64,000 bases of DNA from assembly GCF_964355755.1 (NCBI RefSeq), contig NC_092671.1:19158001-19222000 (forward strand), given 5' to 3'. The translations under genes were made by a program, and so were the position numbers. Position 1 is the first letter of the stretch. Each line of letters begins with the position of its first letter. Below, piece after piece: positions 14,523-27,978 of this stretch. Source of the DNA: Antedon mediterranea. Lineage: Eukaryota; Animalia; Echinodermata. The notes below the pieces were generated by a model. That model did not search any database. It saw nothing but the letters and a program-made list of their open reading frames with translations, and was not told where the DNA came from.

Positions 14523-17429
14523 CATAAAACCCTCTCTTAGCCTCTCTTAGTTGACATCATATCGGCCTAAAAGTGGGCCAAATCGTCCCGTCACACCTGG
14601 GCCGAATCATCCCACTCTAGCGACGACCTGCTGCCAGTGGCACTCTTTAATTTTTATTGTGTTTTGCATGCTCAAATCGATCTCAGGGTTCGGCAGAAAT
14701 TGGTCTAAAAAAACACCTTTTTCGTACAAATGTTCCGTTATAATATACATTATATAGACTAATGCATAAAGGGGAATTAAAAGGTGCCCCAGCTTGAATG
14801 GCATTAATATCGGACTTGCGGTTTAAGAGGAGTTAGAGGAACAACTTTTAGCTTAGTGCTACTATATTATAGATATAATATATATATTACTTACAATGCC
14901 GGAGATTTTTTATTTTTTTAAAAGCAGATTTTTCTAGCAATACTAGTTTAAACCAAGAATATCATTCAACTACAGTACATCCGTCTGTATAGCAGAAGAA
15001 AATTATATTTGATTTACCCAGTTTAAATGATGGTGCTAGTTCAGTGGTTAGTTAAATAATCAAGAAATATTTCTTGCAAAAAACGCTGTTTGACATTCGA
15101 CGTATTAAAAAATTCAATGAAAATATTTTGATGGTTGAACTGCCAAATCAAAGAAATGTTCTTATTTAATGCAATGATAAAACATAATGATAATACTTAC
15201 GTTATAACATTAGTTGTAAATGGTTTATGGTGTACAGTAAATCCATATTGATGAAAAGTATGGGTTTAATGGATAATCTTTATTAATGAACCTAATCTTT
15301 TTTTTTTAAATAAGTACAACTTAATTGCTTTATTCTGTTAATATAATACAATTTAATGTTTTTTACATTTTCTTTTGCCAATATAATAAATTATAATGTT
15401 TAGCAAGCAATCTCTATATCAATTTTCTTTTTTAAATCAGTTCAAAACATAAGCAGTTCAGAGTTTCAAGATGTAATAAGAAAAACAACAAACAACATAG
15501 AAAACAATGATTTTTATAATCCATTATTTATAAACATAATTACCTACATCAAACTTAATTGTCTGACAGAATTGACAAGGATGTTCCGGTAATAATCTTT
15601 GAATCGTTGAGAAGTGTGACAAACACTTGGATTAGTGTAACCCACTTTGAGACCCGATAGGCCAATAGTCTTAATGCTAAAAACTTGTACTGTACGAAAG
15701 GAGGGACAAGATCAAGCTAGCCATTCAGTCGCCAACTCTTTCCTCTCGTAAGCTTTCAAGTTTCGGCCCTTGGGGCTTTTTCAAAAGATGGTACACTAAT
15801 TAGGTTCCAAAGAACATCCTTTAAATTTGATGATTTCATTTTTATGTAGACTACATCCTAAGTTTAAAAGTTAGTAGAAAGTGGGCAATTTTTAGTAATC
15901 TCCACAAAACTTTTTTTTCTTTTCATGTTTAAAATGTTGGCAGTTATTTGGCATGAAAATACTTTCAATATCAAATGTATTCAAATAGAGATTAGTATAA
16001 TTGTTAGGGTTTGAATATCTTGGATTTAGTTTATTAACAAGTTAATATGTTATCAAGAAATTGAATTGATTGAATTGAATTATGTTTTAAAACATTCTTT
16101 ATAAATGAATAACTTGTATGAATGAAAAGTCATAAAACATAAAAACAACGACAAATTCTTTTTCCAGAATTTAAAATTCAATTCAACTTTAAACTTCACT
16201 GAAGAAATAAATGTATAGTGTTTATTCTAATTTAAATGACAAATTAAAATCAAATCAAACAAAGATGGACACATGAGGGCAATGGTGAGAAAACATAACT
16301 TTCTCAACATTTTACATGAAAATACCCAAAAATAGGAAATCTGCTACATTCTCCAAAAGCACTTTTATTAAGCTTATCTAGCCCTCATTGATTTCCATTT
16401 TCATTTTTTAGTTTCACAACTTCTTTCTTTGGCTAATTTAAACATGTTACACATGGTGTTTTTTATCATGAACAGAAAAAAAAACGTTGACGCATTTGAA
16501 ATTAAAAGCATGTAAAAAACTTGTGAAGTTTACGCAAGTAATTTCCTGCTATTTAATTGAATCTAAGGTATTTCTTTGAGTCTAGACACAAAAATGACAA
16601 ACCCACAACTAAGAATTATTCTAATCGATAAACTCATTAATCATCTAATTTATAAATGTGTAGTTGTTTTTAAAAGAAAATTTAGTTCTGGATCAAATTT
16701 TTATTCCTAAACAATCCATTGAATATAGTATTTGTTTAATACACAAATATTAAGGCTAAGGAAACTAAAAATACTAACCATTGAAATAAAATATTTATCA
16801 GGTACAAGTTGAATAAAGTAATTCTGAACCACTATCTAGAACATAAAAGAAGTTTAAGAATAGAAGTTCCTTGGCACACGTACATACAGTAGATCTGTAC
16901 TTTTGTAGGCAACTGCCAATTGGGTAATTACATGAGAATTATGGACAAGGATTGAAACAGGTGAGTGAATGTACAATATTATCAACTTCATCCAAGCAAT
17001 TACCAGACTGGCGCCACCTAGACGGCAAACTAATGCATACCCTAAACTAATGTCATAAACCTACAAATACTCACTTTGCACGCAGTCTTTGTATCAAGAT
17101 ATCATGCAAAAAAAACATCAAAATTGTTATCGTATTCAACAGGTGTATACCTATAGTAATGACAGATAAAGGGATTGTGAATACTCAGGACAGAAATTAT
17201 AAATGTTGGAGATGCTCTGGTTGATTCTCAGATGAATTCAACTTCGAACTCTGCGATCAAAAATTGAATTGCCAATTTCAAGGGACTAATAAACACATTT
17301 TTTTTGTATGTCATAAAGCAGTATTTATTGTGTATAATACACAATAAAATAAGAATCTTCTTTTAAATAAATTGTTTAAACTAAACATTACTCATTTTTT
17401 TACTCAATTCATTCTATGATTTGAATGAA

Positions 17430-17654
17430 AACCTGGGGAGGGGAAGGGAATAATCTTAACCTGGCGAAGAAAATAACCTTAACCTGGGAGAAAAATAATC
17501 TTAACCTGATGGAGGGGAAGAGAATAATCTTAACCTTGGTTAGTGGAATAATCTTAACTAATAGGGAGGGGAATAATCTTAATCTGGGGAAGGGAATGTT
17601 AACCTGAGGGAGGAAAGGGAATAATCTTAACCTTCGATAGTGGAATAATCTTAA
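17430..17654. repeat. Degenerate minisatellite, unit about 21-26 bp (GGGAAGGGAATAATCTTAACCT)
   Basis: About 9-10 recurrences of AATAATCTTAACCT separated by purine-rich linkers. Confidence 0.88.
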
Positions 17655-17668
17655 GTAAGTAAATAAAG

Positions 17669-19330
17669 GCAGACATCACAAATATGACAGGCACCTCTCC
17701 TAAGCAGGCCGACATCTCTCTTAAGCAGAGACACACCTTGTAAAGCAGATACTGTACATGTCTCGAAAGCAGACAGACAACTCTCATAAGGAGACAGACA
17801 TCTCTTAAATACAGAGACACCTTTTGAAAGCAGACAGACACCTCTCATAAAGTAGACACACACATCTTGTAAGCAGACATACACCTCTCGTAAGCAGACA
17901 GACACCTCTCGTAAGCAGACAGACATCTCTCATAAGCAGACAAAGACACCTCAAGTAAGCAGAAAAACGACATCTCCCATAAGCCGACAGACAAGACACA
18001 TCTCATAATTGAAGACAAGACACATCTCGTAATTGTAGACAAGACACATCCCGTAAACAGACAAGACACTTTTCGTAAGCGGAAAAGGCACCTCTTGAAA
18101 ACAGACAAGACACTTCTCGTATTAGCACACAAGACACCTCTCGTAAGTAGACACCCTTGAAAGCAGACAAACACCTCTTGAAAGCAGACTAGACACCTCT
18201 CAACTAGACAGACACCTTTCATAAAGTAGACAAACACCTCTCATAAGCAGATAGACACCTCTCATAAACTAGACGCACACCTCTTGTAAGCAGACAGACA
18301 CCTCTCGTAAGCAGACACACACCTCTCGTAAGCAGACAGACACCTCTCGTAAGAAGACAGACATCTCTCGTAAGCAGACAAAGACACCTCTCGTAAGCAG
18401 ACAGACATCTCTCGTAAGCAGACAAAGACACCTCACGTAAGCAGACGATGACATCTCCCGTAAGCAGACAAGACACCTCCCGTAAGCAGCCAAGACACCT
18501 CCCGTAAGCCGACAGACAAGACACATCTCATAATTGTAGACAAGACGCATCTCGTAAACAGACAAGACACTTCTCGTAAGCATACAAGACACCTCTCGTA
18601 AGTAGAGGCACCCTTGTAAAGCAGACATACACCTCTTGAAAGCAGACTAGACACCTCTCAACTAGACAGACACCTTTCATAAAGTAGACAAACACCTCTC
18701 ATAAGCAGATAGACACCTCTCATAAGCAGACCGACACCTCTCATAAGCAGACAGACACCTCTCATAAGCACACTTCTCGAAAGCAGATAGACACTTCTAA
18801 TATTAGAAGTGTCTGCTTATTTAAGTAGACCGACATCTCTCATAAAGTACACACACACCTCTTGTAAGCACACAGACACCTCTTGTAAGCAGACAAAAAC
18901 CTCTCATATGCAGACAGATACCTCTCATAAGAAGACAGATACCTCTCATAAGCAGACAGACATCTCTTATAAGCAGACAGACACTCTCATATGCAGACAG
19001 ACACTCTCATAAAAAGACAGACACTCTCATAAGCAGACAGACACTCTCATAAGCAGACAGACACCTCTCATAAGCAGACAGACACTCTCCTAAGCAGACC
19101 GACACCTCTCATAAAAAGACAGACACTCTCATAAGCAGACAGACACCTCTCATAAGCAGACAGATAACTCTCGTAAACAGACAGATACCTCTCCTAGTAA
19201 GAAAGATGCCTCTTTTAATACAAGCAGACACCTTTTGTAACTTGTAAGTAAACACATTATAAACTTTGTACATAAGCAAAGAGACATCTCTCTAAGCAGG
19301 CAAGTTCCTCTCGTAAGCAGATACTGTACA
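17669..19330. repeat. 1.65-kb complex satellite of a ~20-bp unit (AAGCAGACAGACACCTCTCRT) with higher-order duplication
   Basis: Dozens of variant units. The diagnostic variant block AGCAGACTAGACACCTCTCAACTAGAC... recurs at 18183 and 18641 (458-bp offset). All the C/L/V-rich ORFs here are translations of the repeat. Confidence 0.95.
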
Positions 19331-20447
19331 TCCGAGTTGAGAATGAAGAAATAATACATATGTATAGGAAATAAGCACAAGTTTGCAAATCTCCATTTAC
19401 CTCGTTTTATTTCAAATCGAAATGTCTAAAGAAAAAGCTATAAACCTTTAACCTAAAAAGTTAAATCCTGAACCCAACTAATGCAGCAAACTGTCACTGC
19501 AGAAATTACTACCTTTGGGGCTCACTAATCATTTGCATCATCTTCTCTTTCACAATTGTAGGAAGTTTTGAAATCAAATATTTCAAAAAGTAATGGTTAT
19601 GTGTGTTTTGAGATTTGTTCAAAATATAATCTTAGGAATACATATTGAATATTTGAAATCTATACAATTTAAGACTCCAATGAACCAGGTAGTAAAAGCA
19701 TGGAGTCTTTACTCCATGGTAAAAGTGAACAAAAAATATAAATAAATATGCTCTTGTATGAGTAATCTTTATTGTAAATAGTACGATTTGCTGCTAAACA
19801 GATGCAGCGATTTTTACAATATCAAATTTCATTACAAAATTCAAATTGAATTAGTAGCTTGTTTCTAAATTCCACACACATCTAGATTTGATTTGATTCA
19901 CTTACAATTTCATTACTATACTTAGTAATTTTCTGTCATGAAGGTAGATGATAAGCAGAAATGTCTTTTTCTTATTTCTTTTACGTTTACGGAAGTTGCG
20001 TACAAGGAGTTGTGTAATCATTTAAATCGTTTAACAGTAAACTGTACATTCTTACAATTGCTGAATCATAGAATGACATTTGAATAATTATTTAACAATA
20101 TGATGGGTATAAATAAAGTGATTAACAATATTGCCAATTACAGAATTCATCAGTAACTATCAAAATGAAGGTATGTAAGGTTATTTAGGTCAAACATTGA
20201 CCTTATAATGTGAACAAATTCAAGTATATTTAAATAATACTTAACTATTAGAATTAATAAATTTCATTTTTAACAATGATAGGTACACAACTTTCACCCC
20301 TTTTTTTTCTCATTGCCAATTGTTTCTGTTGCCTTCAACAATAGCTTCTGCTTCATTTATATTATGATGTGTAATATATACTTTTGACATTCTTTACAAT
20401 TTTTTTTATAAAGTGAGTATGTGCGAGTCAAATGGTTGAGCAGTTAA

Positions 20448-21076
20448 AGACCCATTCCATACAATTGTTGACATTTTGTAAAAATAATGCATAACCGTAT
20501 ATTACTTGAAAAAAAATAAAATCAGGTCATTCCTTATCTTAGATGTACGATTGATGGTAATTTATCAAAAAAGGAGAGAAACAATGTATTACCTAGTAGC
20601 TCGCAGTGAATGTCCTCTCGTGTACTGTCTTTAGGCCTAGCTTAGTTTTTTAGACCTGGCTGGTAAACAACAGTAACGTACAAACATACATCGTACGCTA
20701 GCTATTGGGCGTAGCCCGACATTCTCTAGTTGCTTTTCGTCTAATTGTCTTTCTGTTTTTGCCAGAATCCTTAATAAAGATTGGGGTAAACCCGGTATTT
20801 TCGCTGAAAAGTTACGATTCTTTCATTTATATTGGCCTTCACGATCGATCGAAAGTAGGTGAATCACAGAAGAAAAACTAAAATATCAATCCACACGCAA
20901 TGCATGTTGGGATTTAGAGCGGGCCGCTAAAATTATTCAAATCAACTTATTTTTCACATATGTAACCGTTCAAAGACAAAAAAAAGTTATCGCAATAGGA
21001 CCATATAGTATTTATTTTTACATTAAATGTAATTTGTGACCTAAAGTTAGATCTAAAAAACGTAGGGAATGGGACT
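20448..21076 (+). mobile_element. Kolobok-like non-autonomous DNA transposon (629 bp)
   Basis: TTAA|AGACCCATTCC ... GGAATGGGACT|TTAA: short imperfect TIRs, AG..CT termini and a TTAA TSD. An inverted full copy lies at 56279-56904. Confidence 0.85.
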
Positions 21077-21099
21077 TTAAGGGACCGTAACTAAAGAGC

Positions 21100-21250
21100 C
21101 AACAGCTATGTATATGATGGTGGAACCAGTCTTCTCAGATTTATTGGGAATAGGTCCAGTATACACTATGTGCACTTAAAAAATCGCAGTTCATCAATCG
21201 AGATGAGTAGGGGTCATGGGTCCTGTGTCAGGGGGATTGCCACCCTATGT
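21100..21250 (+). mobile_element. Possible decayed SINE central domain (Deu/Nin-like)
   Basis: AGGTCC...TGCACTTAAAAAATCGCAGTTCATCAATCGAGATGAGTAGGGGT resembles, from memory, the conserved Deu/Nin SINE core (AGGTCC...TTAAAGATCCC...TCG.AAGAGTAGGGGT). No head or tail was seen. Confidence 0.4.
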
Positions 21251-24200
21251 TTTACTATACTAATAATCCTTGGCCATCCGCCTAAACACATAAAATAACA
21301 AATTTAATTTCTATCCATTAATTAGTGTATTGCATTGATGTTAAAGCCTTTTGTAAAAAAAATCCTTAATTCGGCCTTTTGGATTTGGACTTTTATTTGC
21401 CTATTCCATTTGTTTTTTATACAGATGTTGAAATAAAAATACCAGGAATAGAATAAAAAATAAAAATGGTATTTCATTTGGTCATTTCCATTTAAATATG
21501 TATTGTCAATTTAATTGTGAATTATATTGTATTGCAAACACATAGATGTACATTAGTTATGCTGCCCTCAAGTGGGTGGGTTCACCTAAAACTACCCTGG
21601 CATTACCTTTGGCATTTTTGTTAGCAACCTCCCTGCAAATGGTCACCAAGGAATAGGCCTAATGTAAAATTTTAATTAATTGGACTTGGTAATATTAAAG
21701 TAGATATGAAATGAGACCAGAAAAGTAATTCCTTACATGTTAAGTTTGAGGTTGCTGTTTGCTTCAGATTTTCCAATTAGGACCTTGCCAACCCCTGGCC
21801 CCAACCATTTTTTGGCCCTAAATTGGGACGAAGCAATCCATGTCTGAATCATCTCTAATTTATTTACAGACTCCAAAAAAGTTGATTTTTTTTATGTTGT
21901 TTTGGTCTAATATCATTCAAGGCATGAGAAACAAAAATGTTAAAATGTTTTAAGTAATTTTTTTTTAATGACAAAAAGTGAAAAAGCGCGAGATTTTCGG
22001 TACATGATTATAGGATGGGCCAAAAAGCGCGAGCCTCATTGACATGCATGTAATTCACATACAAACGATAGTGCCATCGCCGTTCTGCGTATACTTTACT
22101 GAGACAACAGATTGTTTGTTATCAACTTGGGAAAAACCATCAATGGTTATAGTTAACAGGTGGCTGGTATGTATTCCAAAGCTTATTCATATCCGTTCAG
22201 GCTAAAAATTCCCAACCTGTCTGATACACTGTGATATGTGATCTAAACAATACTTCTGTTTTGTAGGCGTTTCCTGCATTTGACCGCAATGCTCATAACT
22301 TACTGTACAATATTAAATTGTTTTATCCTATTATGGGTAGAATATGACGCAATAGTACATAAAATAAGAAAATAATTACCTGAAAAACCGACATTAGCAC
22401 CTTCCAAACAAATGGGGGAAAATATGCACAGAATTCTTAGTGGTACGCCCCTACCTATCGATGGGATAGTCCGCTACAGCACCATCTAGAGGGACCTCCC
22501 CACATATTATGTGATAAATTTATAATTTATATCAATAATTGACATTTTTACCCAATTTAGAAAATTATACCGGATAGTTAAAATGCTCGAACATAGGTGT
22601 TCTAATAAAATAAGCCTCAATTCCAACAACAAAAAGGAAAACACTGCTACAAGAAAATTTCGAATTTACAGCACACGTTTAGTCAAACTGATTTTCAGGT
22701 CATAATTTTGGTTGGAATGATATTTCCTTTTGCGTAATTATTAAATAAACATTGCCTTCCTCATATTACTCTACAACACTGTTCACATCTTTCTTAACAC
22801 TAATCACTTTTGACATTTTCTACTTCCTCAAAGAATACGGATTCATCTGTCATATAGAAACTTTAAAATTAAACAACATTTCCAACTAAAGTATTGAAAA
22901 GTCAGAAAGGTAGGAACGAGATGGCGCGTGACTCAACAAACTTGTTAGATGGAGTTTAGATATTATGGGTTTTTTGACTTTTCATTCACATCTTTGCAAT
23001 CACAAATTTGCTAGTCTGTTTCTATTAAAAATCCTAAATAAATGCTTAATACTTAAATCTTGTTGACATTACTGTATGTTTGATTCTTCGCACTGCTGAT
23101 GGTCAAGCTTAGGTCAAATTCAGCTCATTCAAATCCATGCAACAGAAACTGGTTCATTGCGATCAAGACAGCAATCCATTTGAGAACATTGACGTTTAAC
23201 CTTATAAGATTGGTTCTTTTTTGTTTGGACCATTGAGTCCATAGGCTATCAGTTGGTTCCCCTCACAAAATTAACCAATTTTGATGTAATTGAATGAGAC
23301 AAGGAAATAGTAAATTCTTGATTACAAAGAAAGAATAAGTTCTACTTTTCCGATTGATTAATTTTGGATATATTACGTAATAAAAAAAAGAAAGTCCCAA
23401 GTTACAAAATTGTTTATAAAACCCTAATGCTGATTATTAAGTAATTGTAATGTTTTATAATGGAAAAGAATTCTGGTAAAAGTCCATTTCAATCATTACG
23501 CGCACAAAGTTCGTAGTAAGGATTTGCACTGGTAATTACTTTGTCAGAACTTCCAACAGTTTGTGACTACTGTACTAGACTTGCCCAAAGTCTGTATTTG
23601 TTGTCTTTTTTATGTTAGTCCACCAGTCGACCTTTCGATTTTTGTCTGAAAATATAGACTTGTGATACAGGTATATAATCTGATTTGCCGACCACAAACA
23701 TCCGATAAGAATGACAAAGGTTATCATACCGTATTTGGCTATATGGGGAGGGCGGTATGTAAATATGGATTTCAAATCAACCAATTATCAGACGTTATTT
23801 TGCCAAGTTTCTTTTTCGAATAAAATAAGCAAAAAGTTATTAATCAAACCAATAAAGTAAAATAGCCAGTAACACTACCGTAACCCTTCCTCGATGCAAC
23901 TTTAGTAGATATATGTTACAAAATCTAAAAAATGTAAATTATTTTAGTGCTACAAAAAACGAAGATACTGCTGCTTGACTACCGGTACCTTGATCTTCAT
24001 AAATTTTCTGCAACATCAGTCTCATAATTGTTTGTAAATTATCTACTAATAAAATATGGAACATTCAATAAACACAATCATAAATAAAATATGCAACTTC
24101 TGTTCTACATTTTTTGAATAGGTCAAATAAATATTGAAACAAAGAACGTCAATTTCTTTGTTCTAGATTTCACTCAAGTGGCGCAACAACAACACAACTG

Positions 24201-25044
24201 GTATCAGAATATTCACACACAGTGGGTCTCATTAACAGTGATATGGTAAAATCATTTCACTTTAATAAACAACTTTATTCTCCTTACCTCTCATCCATTG
24301 TTAAACAAGGCACACTCACTTTATCTGCATTTTCTGGATTTAAAAAATTATAGGGCATGCATCTAAAAATATTTACATTAATAACTGGTAAATGATTTAA
24401 AGTAAGGGCAATTATAGCACCTGTTCCAATTTTAATAATTCATTTAGTGGGATATAATTATTTCAAGAATAGCAACAATAAGTCAATATTATAAAAAGAA
24501 GATTTAGACCTTTGTCTGTTTTTATCAGCACACATTAAACAATGTGTTGATCACCAATTACAGAACTAATCACACACATATAAGGGCTTCTAACTGACAC
24601 AAGTAATAATAATCAGTTTGTGATTAACTGTATGAACCAAACTATGAATAGATAGGCAGGCTACAGTTTTATGTCTTAATGCTTAATTTCACTACAATAC
24701 AACCCTGTATGCGAGTTTGATGTGCAATGGTTATGTAATTAGCCTTTCAACAAACAATAGTTTCAGTTGACTTACTATAGGACAGCAATGCCAAAAACAA
24801 ATGGGTACATTTGATAAGAAATAGGTTTTTTAAAACTACTCGTATCAAAAAACCTGTACATTAAATCAAATTATGTTTTAAAATTACAAATTACAAATTA
24901 TAACTCTTGCCTCTTATACAAAAATGTTTTTTGGACAAGTAGTTCTTGAGAAAATGAAATTTCAGTTTACTTGTTACTTTAAGACTTCTCGCCAGCTTTT
25001 GAAAATCCTCTATCTTTTAATACTAGCAGGTCTGAAAATAACAC

Positions 25045-25232
25045 TAAAAGTGGTCCAGATCCTGGTCCGGATTGCCTCCAAAATTTAATAGAGTGGTCCT
25101 TAACCACATATCTATCTGTATTCATTTTGGTAAAGATCTTGCAATAGCTTTTTGAGCAATCCTGCTACAGTGCTAACAAACAAACAGACAGACACGAGCG
25201 ATCGATTACACCTCCTTGGCGAAGGCAAATAA
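25045..25232 (-). mobile_element. DINE-1/HINE-like (Helentron-associated) repeat fragment
   Basis: The - strand starts TTATTTGCCTTCGCCAAGGAGGTGTAA (short hairpin), then a GTCT/GTTT microsatellite, then TAGCAGGATTGCTCAAAAAGCTA. This layout matches DINE-1-like elements. Confidence 0.55.
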
Positions 25233-26526
25233 CCTTGGAAAGAGTATATGATTTGAACAAAAGGGCTGGGAATAAAGTTTTTTAAATTCACAAAAGATGT
25301 GATTTGTGAAGAGTAACATTCTATCAAAATAATGAAAGTCAATTATTATTATTAATAATTAATTTGACACATACTGTATAATGTGAACTAAAATATTCAG
25401 ATTGACAAATATTGGAAGTAAATGATTGGTTGATTGGATTACCGGTTGCAATTTTTAAGCAGTCAAGTTAAAGTAAACATTTTTAATATCCTGGCTTAAA
25501 ACCATGAAAGCTGTCAGAATTTTTTTAGAAATTAATATGTACATTATCAACAATCTACAGATTTGTACAGAAAAGGAAACACGGGCGACAAATAGTTTAC
25601 AATACCTTGAATATGACATTATAATTAAATCTTTGATTTTAAACAGTTTTCTCATCAGTGATACAAAAAAAGTCTGACAGAATGGTACGTGTGATTGCAT
25701 GAAAGAAAGCATTTAAGAAACCTCGTACTACCATAGGAAATAAGCTAGATTTATTATTTAGATATACTTTGAATTCGCAGATAAATGTTTGGTTAAGTTT
25801 CAATAATTTTCCAACCTTGATAATAAGGGGGTAAATCGTCACCGGACACCCCTGGAGTATACTCTATCCCCCATGACTTTACATTTACTCATGGTCAATT
25901 GGTATTATCTTGTGCTAACATCATCATTCCCCCTGGAGCAGCCATCGATTCAGCTGCCATTCACATTTTACTTATTACTGAATAGATACAATTACTACAT
26001 CCCAACACCAGGTACTCAATCACCTATAAAGAGGGTGATATTAAGTGCTAGGCTTATCTACGGATGCACGCATCATACGCTGTCTCTTTCTTACTTAATG
26101 CACTGATAGGTAATGGGAATGGAAGCTCCCAAAGGGACTAAGCAGGAAACTTAAGCACATGGATGCCTTCCAGTTTGAAGTAAACACACTTAAAGCAAGA
26201 ACAAGTGCTCAAGTTATGAAGAGACATTTGGGGAAAATTTAAGGACAATAATCTTTTACCCACACACATTCAGCTTTATGAATTATACATTTGATACATT
26301 TATAACTTTGAACACAGTAGTTAAATTTCCCTTTAATGATGACAAGAAATGAAGACGACAATAAAAAGTATATTAAACCAAATGTTTATGACATAATATC
26401 ACCGTTATAAAGCAAACTTTTTTATTTTATGTTCTACCAATATTTGAACATTAACACCAGTTTTTTGTGACAAAGTGTGAGCTTTTATTTACAAATAATC
26501 ATTAGTGCTGGTAACAAAATGTGTTT

Positions 26527-27354
26527 GGCCCTGTTTCTGCTGCCAATCCCAAATATACCGTATAAATATACCGTATAAATATACCGTATATGAAATTCAT
26601 GCACCGTTTCCGCTGCACATACTTCGTGGGTGGGCTGTAAAAAAGTTGGCTTTCATTACCCAAAATGTATTTCGTGAGACGGAAGTATGGATTGACCTAG
26701 AGTCTCGTGTAGTGAGGTTACATGACAAAAACAAAACAATGATGGTTTCTCAAAACGTCGTAGCATTGCTTTCTATAAATCTAATGAGCAGAAGTGGCAA
26801 CGAATTTACACTGCACAAACAATCTAGAAATGTAGAATGGGCATTGACTAGATTTATGCAAAGAAGACGACGGTTTGCCGATAACTTTGGCGTTTTAAGT
26901 CTACCACAAATTCTGCATTTATTTTGTTTGAGATACTTTTGTAAATCTCGGTATCTCTTCTGTTACCATGCAGTTTCCCCCCAACCTTCGCTTCTCCCCA
27001 CAATTGAATTGCAAAAATAGTTATTTCTTCAGTCCACAGTGATATTTTGATCTGTTGCTTGCTTATACACGTGTGTGTCAATGCAGCAGAAAAACCAAAC
27101 AAACGCGTCACGCTCTGTTAGTTTTTGACCTCGTGTCATGGGCCGGGTCACATATACGGTATATTTTGAGTGCAGCAGAAACGGGGTACGAAATATACAG
27201 TATATTTTGGAATATACCGTATAATATCCACAAACGATGGGGATATTTATGCGGTATATATACCGCATATACTGTATATACGGTATATTTTTTATGAGAC
27301 CCATTTCTGCTGCCAAAAAATATACGGTATATTTTTGGCAGCAGAAACGGGGCC
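26527..27354 (-). mobile_element. Non-autonomous PIF/Harbinger element with Myb/SANT (ORF1) remnant
   Basis: TIRs GGCCCTGTTTCTGCTGCCAA / TTGGCAGCAGAAACGGGGCC, a 3-bp TTT duplication, and ATATACCGTA subterminal repeats. The - strand peptide WTEEITIFAIQLWGEAKVGGKLHGNRRDTEIYKSISNKI is trihelix Myb/SANT-like. Confidence 0.85.
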
Positions 27355-27818
27355 TTTGATTACTGTATACTGTATTACTATTCACCATGTACACCAGTGG
27401 GCAACATGAAGCAGTAATGACCTAGCCCTCATCATTTGTTACTATTGTACACAGGACTAGTGCTAACCAATCCCTGTTAAGCTAAAAGTTTTGTTAATAA
27501 TATTACAAAGTCACCCTGACACCAGAATCTGTGAAAATTGGAAACTCTTCCAAAAACAAGAAAGTATCCCAAATTCTTTTTACTGTTCCAAATGCCATTT
27601 CAAACAAGATTACTTTGGATTAGCCCAACAGCCCAGTTTAGTATCATACGAACCTGTTTTGATGAAACATTAGAACTCAGTACTAGTAATGTATTTCCTT
27701 CTGTGAAAATGTACATAGCATCATCGAAAATGGCTTACTCTCAAGTAGGCCTATATTATGATGTTTTGCATGTAGGTTTCAAGGGGAATCGTCCAATTAT
27801 TGAAATATATTATCATAC

Positions 27819-27978
27819 CTTGGTTGTATTCTCCGGAAGACGAGTCCTTACTCGGAGATGCCATCTTGTCTTCAAATGCTTTCTTTGCTTTTTTGCGTCG
27901 TAAGCCATAATGAGTCGTCTTACTTGTGTCTATTTCTACTCCAGCATCAGAATTTGATTGATTTTCTTGTTTTTCCAT
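27819..27978 (-). CDS. Probable first coding exon of an unidentified - strand gene (MEKQENQSNSDAGVEIDTSKTTHYGLRRKKAKKAFEDKMASPSKDSSSGEYNQ-G)
   Basis: ATG in AAAATGG context and 53 codons of hydrophilic, protein-like sequence with a basic RRKKAKK patch. Ends at donor CAAG|GTATGA (phase 1). Upstream acceptor TTTTATTCTTATTAG| at 28016/28015. No domain was recognised. Confidence 0.6.

Larger units (their letters stand above)
12468..14758 (-). mobile_element. Non-autonomous Helitron (interrupted by a hAT insertion)
   Basis: The - strand 3' end reads TACTTGTC-tattt-GACGGGTA (hairpin) CCTG CTAG|T, the canonical Helitron terminus. The 5' end reads TCTATATAATGTATATTATAA at 14758. No TSD. The 5' flank is G rather than the usual A. 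Confidence 0.65.

Noticed and set aside
17599-19380. Cluster of Cys/Leu/Val-rich ORFs
   Set aside because: They overlap in several frames and simply translate the 20-bp satellite.
23989-24025. - strand MRLMLQKIYEDQ-G|GTACCG, and similar phase-1 ends near 10613, 15544 and 31494, as alternative exons of the - strand gene
   Set aside because: Donors are weak or start and acceptor sites are missing, and the downstream acceptor phase is unknown, so they cannot be separated from chance.
26505-27409. 171-aa + strand ORF and neighbours as host genes
   Set aside because: They lie almost entirely within the Harbinger element. Only the - strand Myb/SANT remnant is recognisable.
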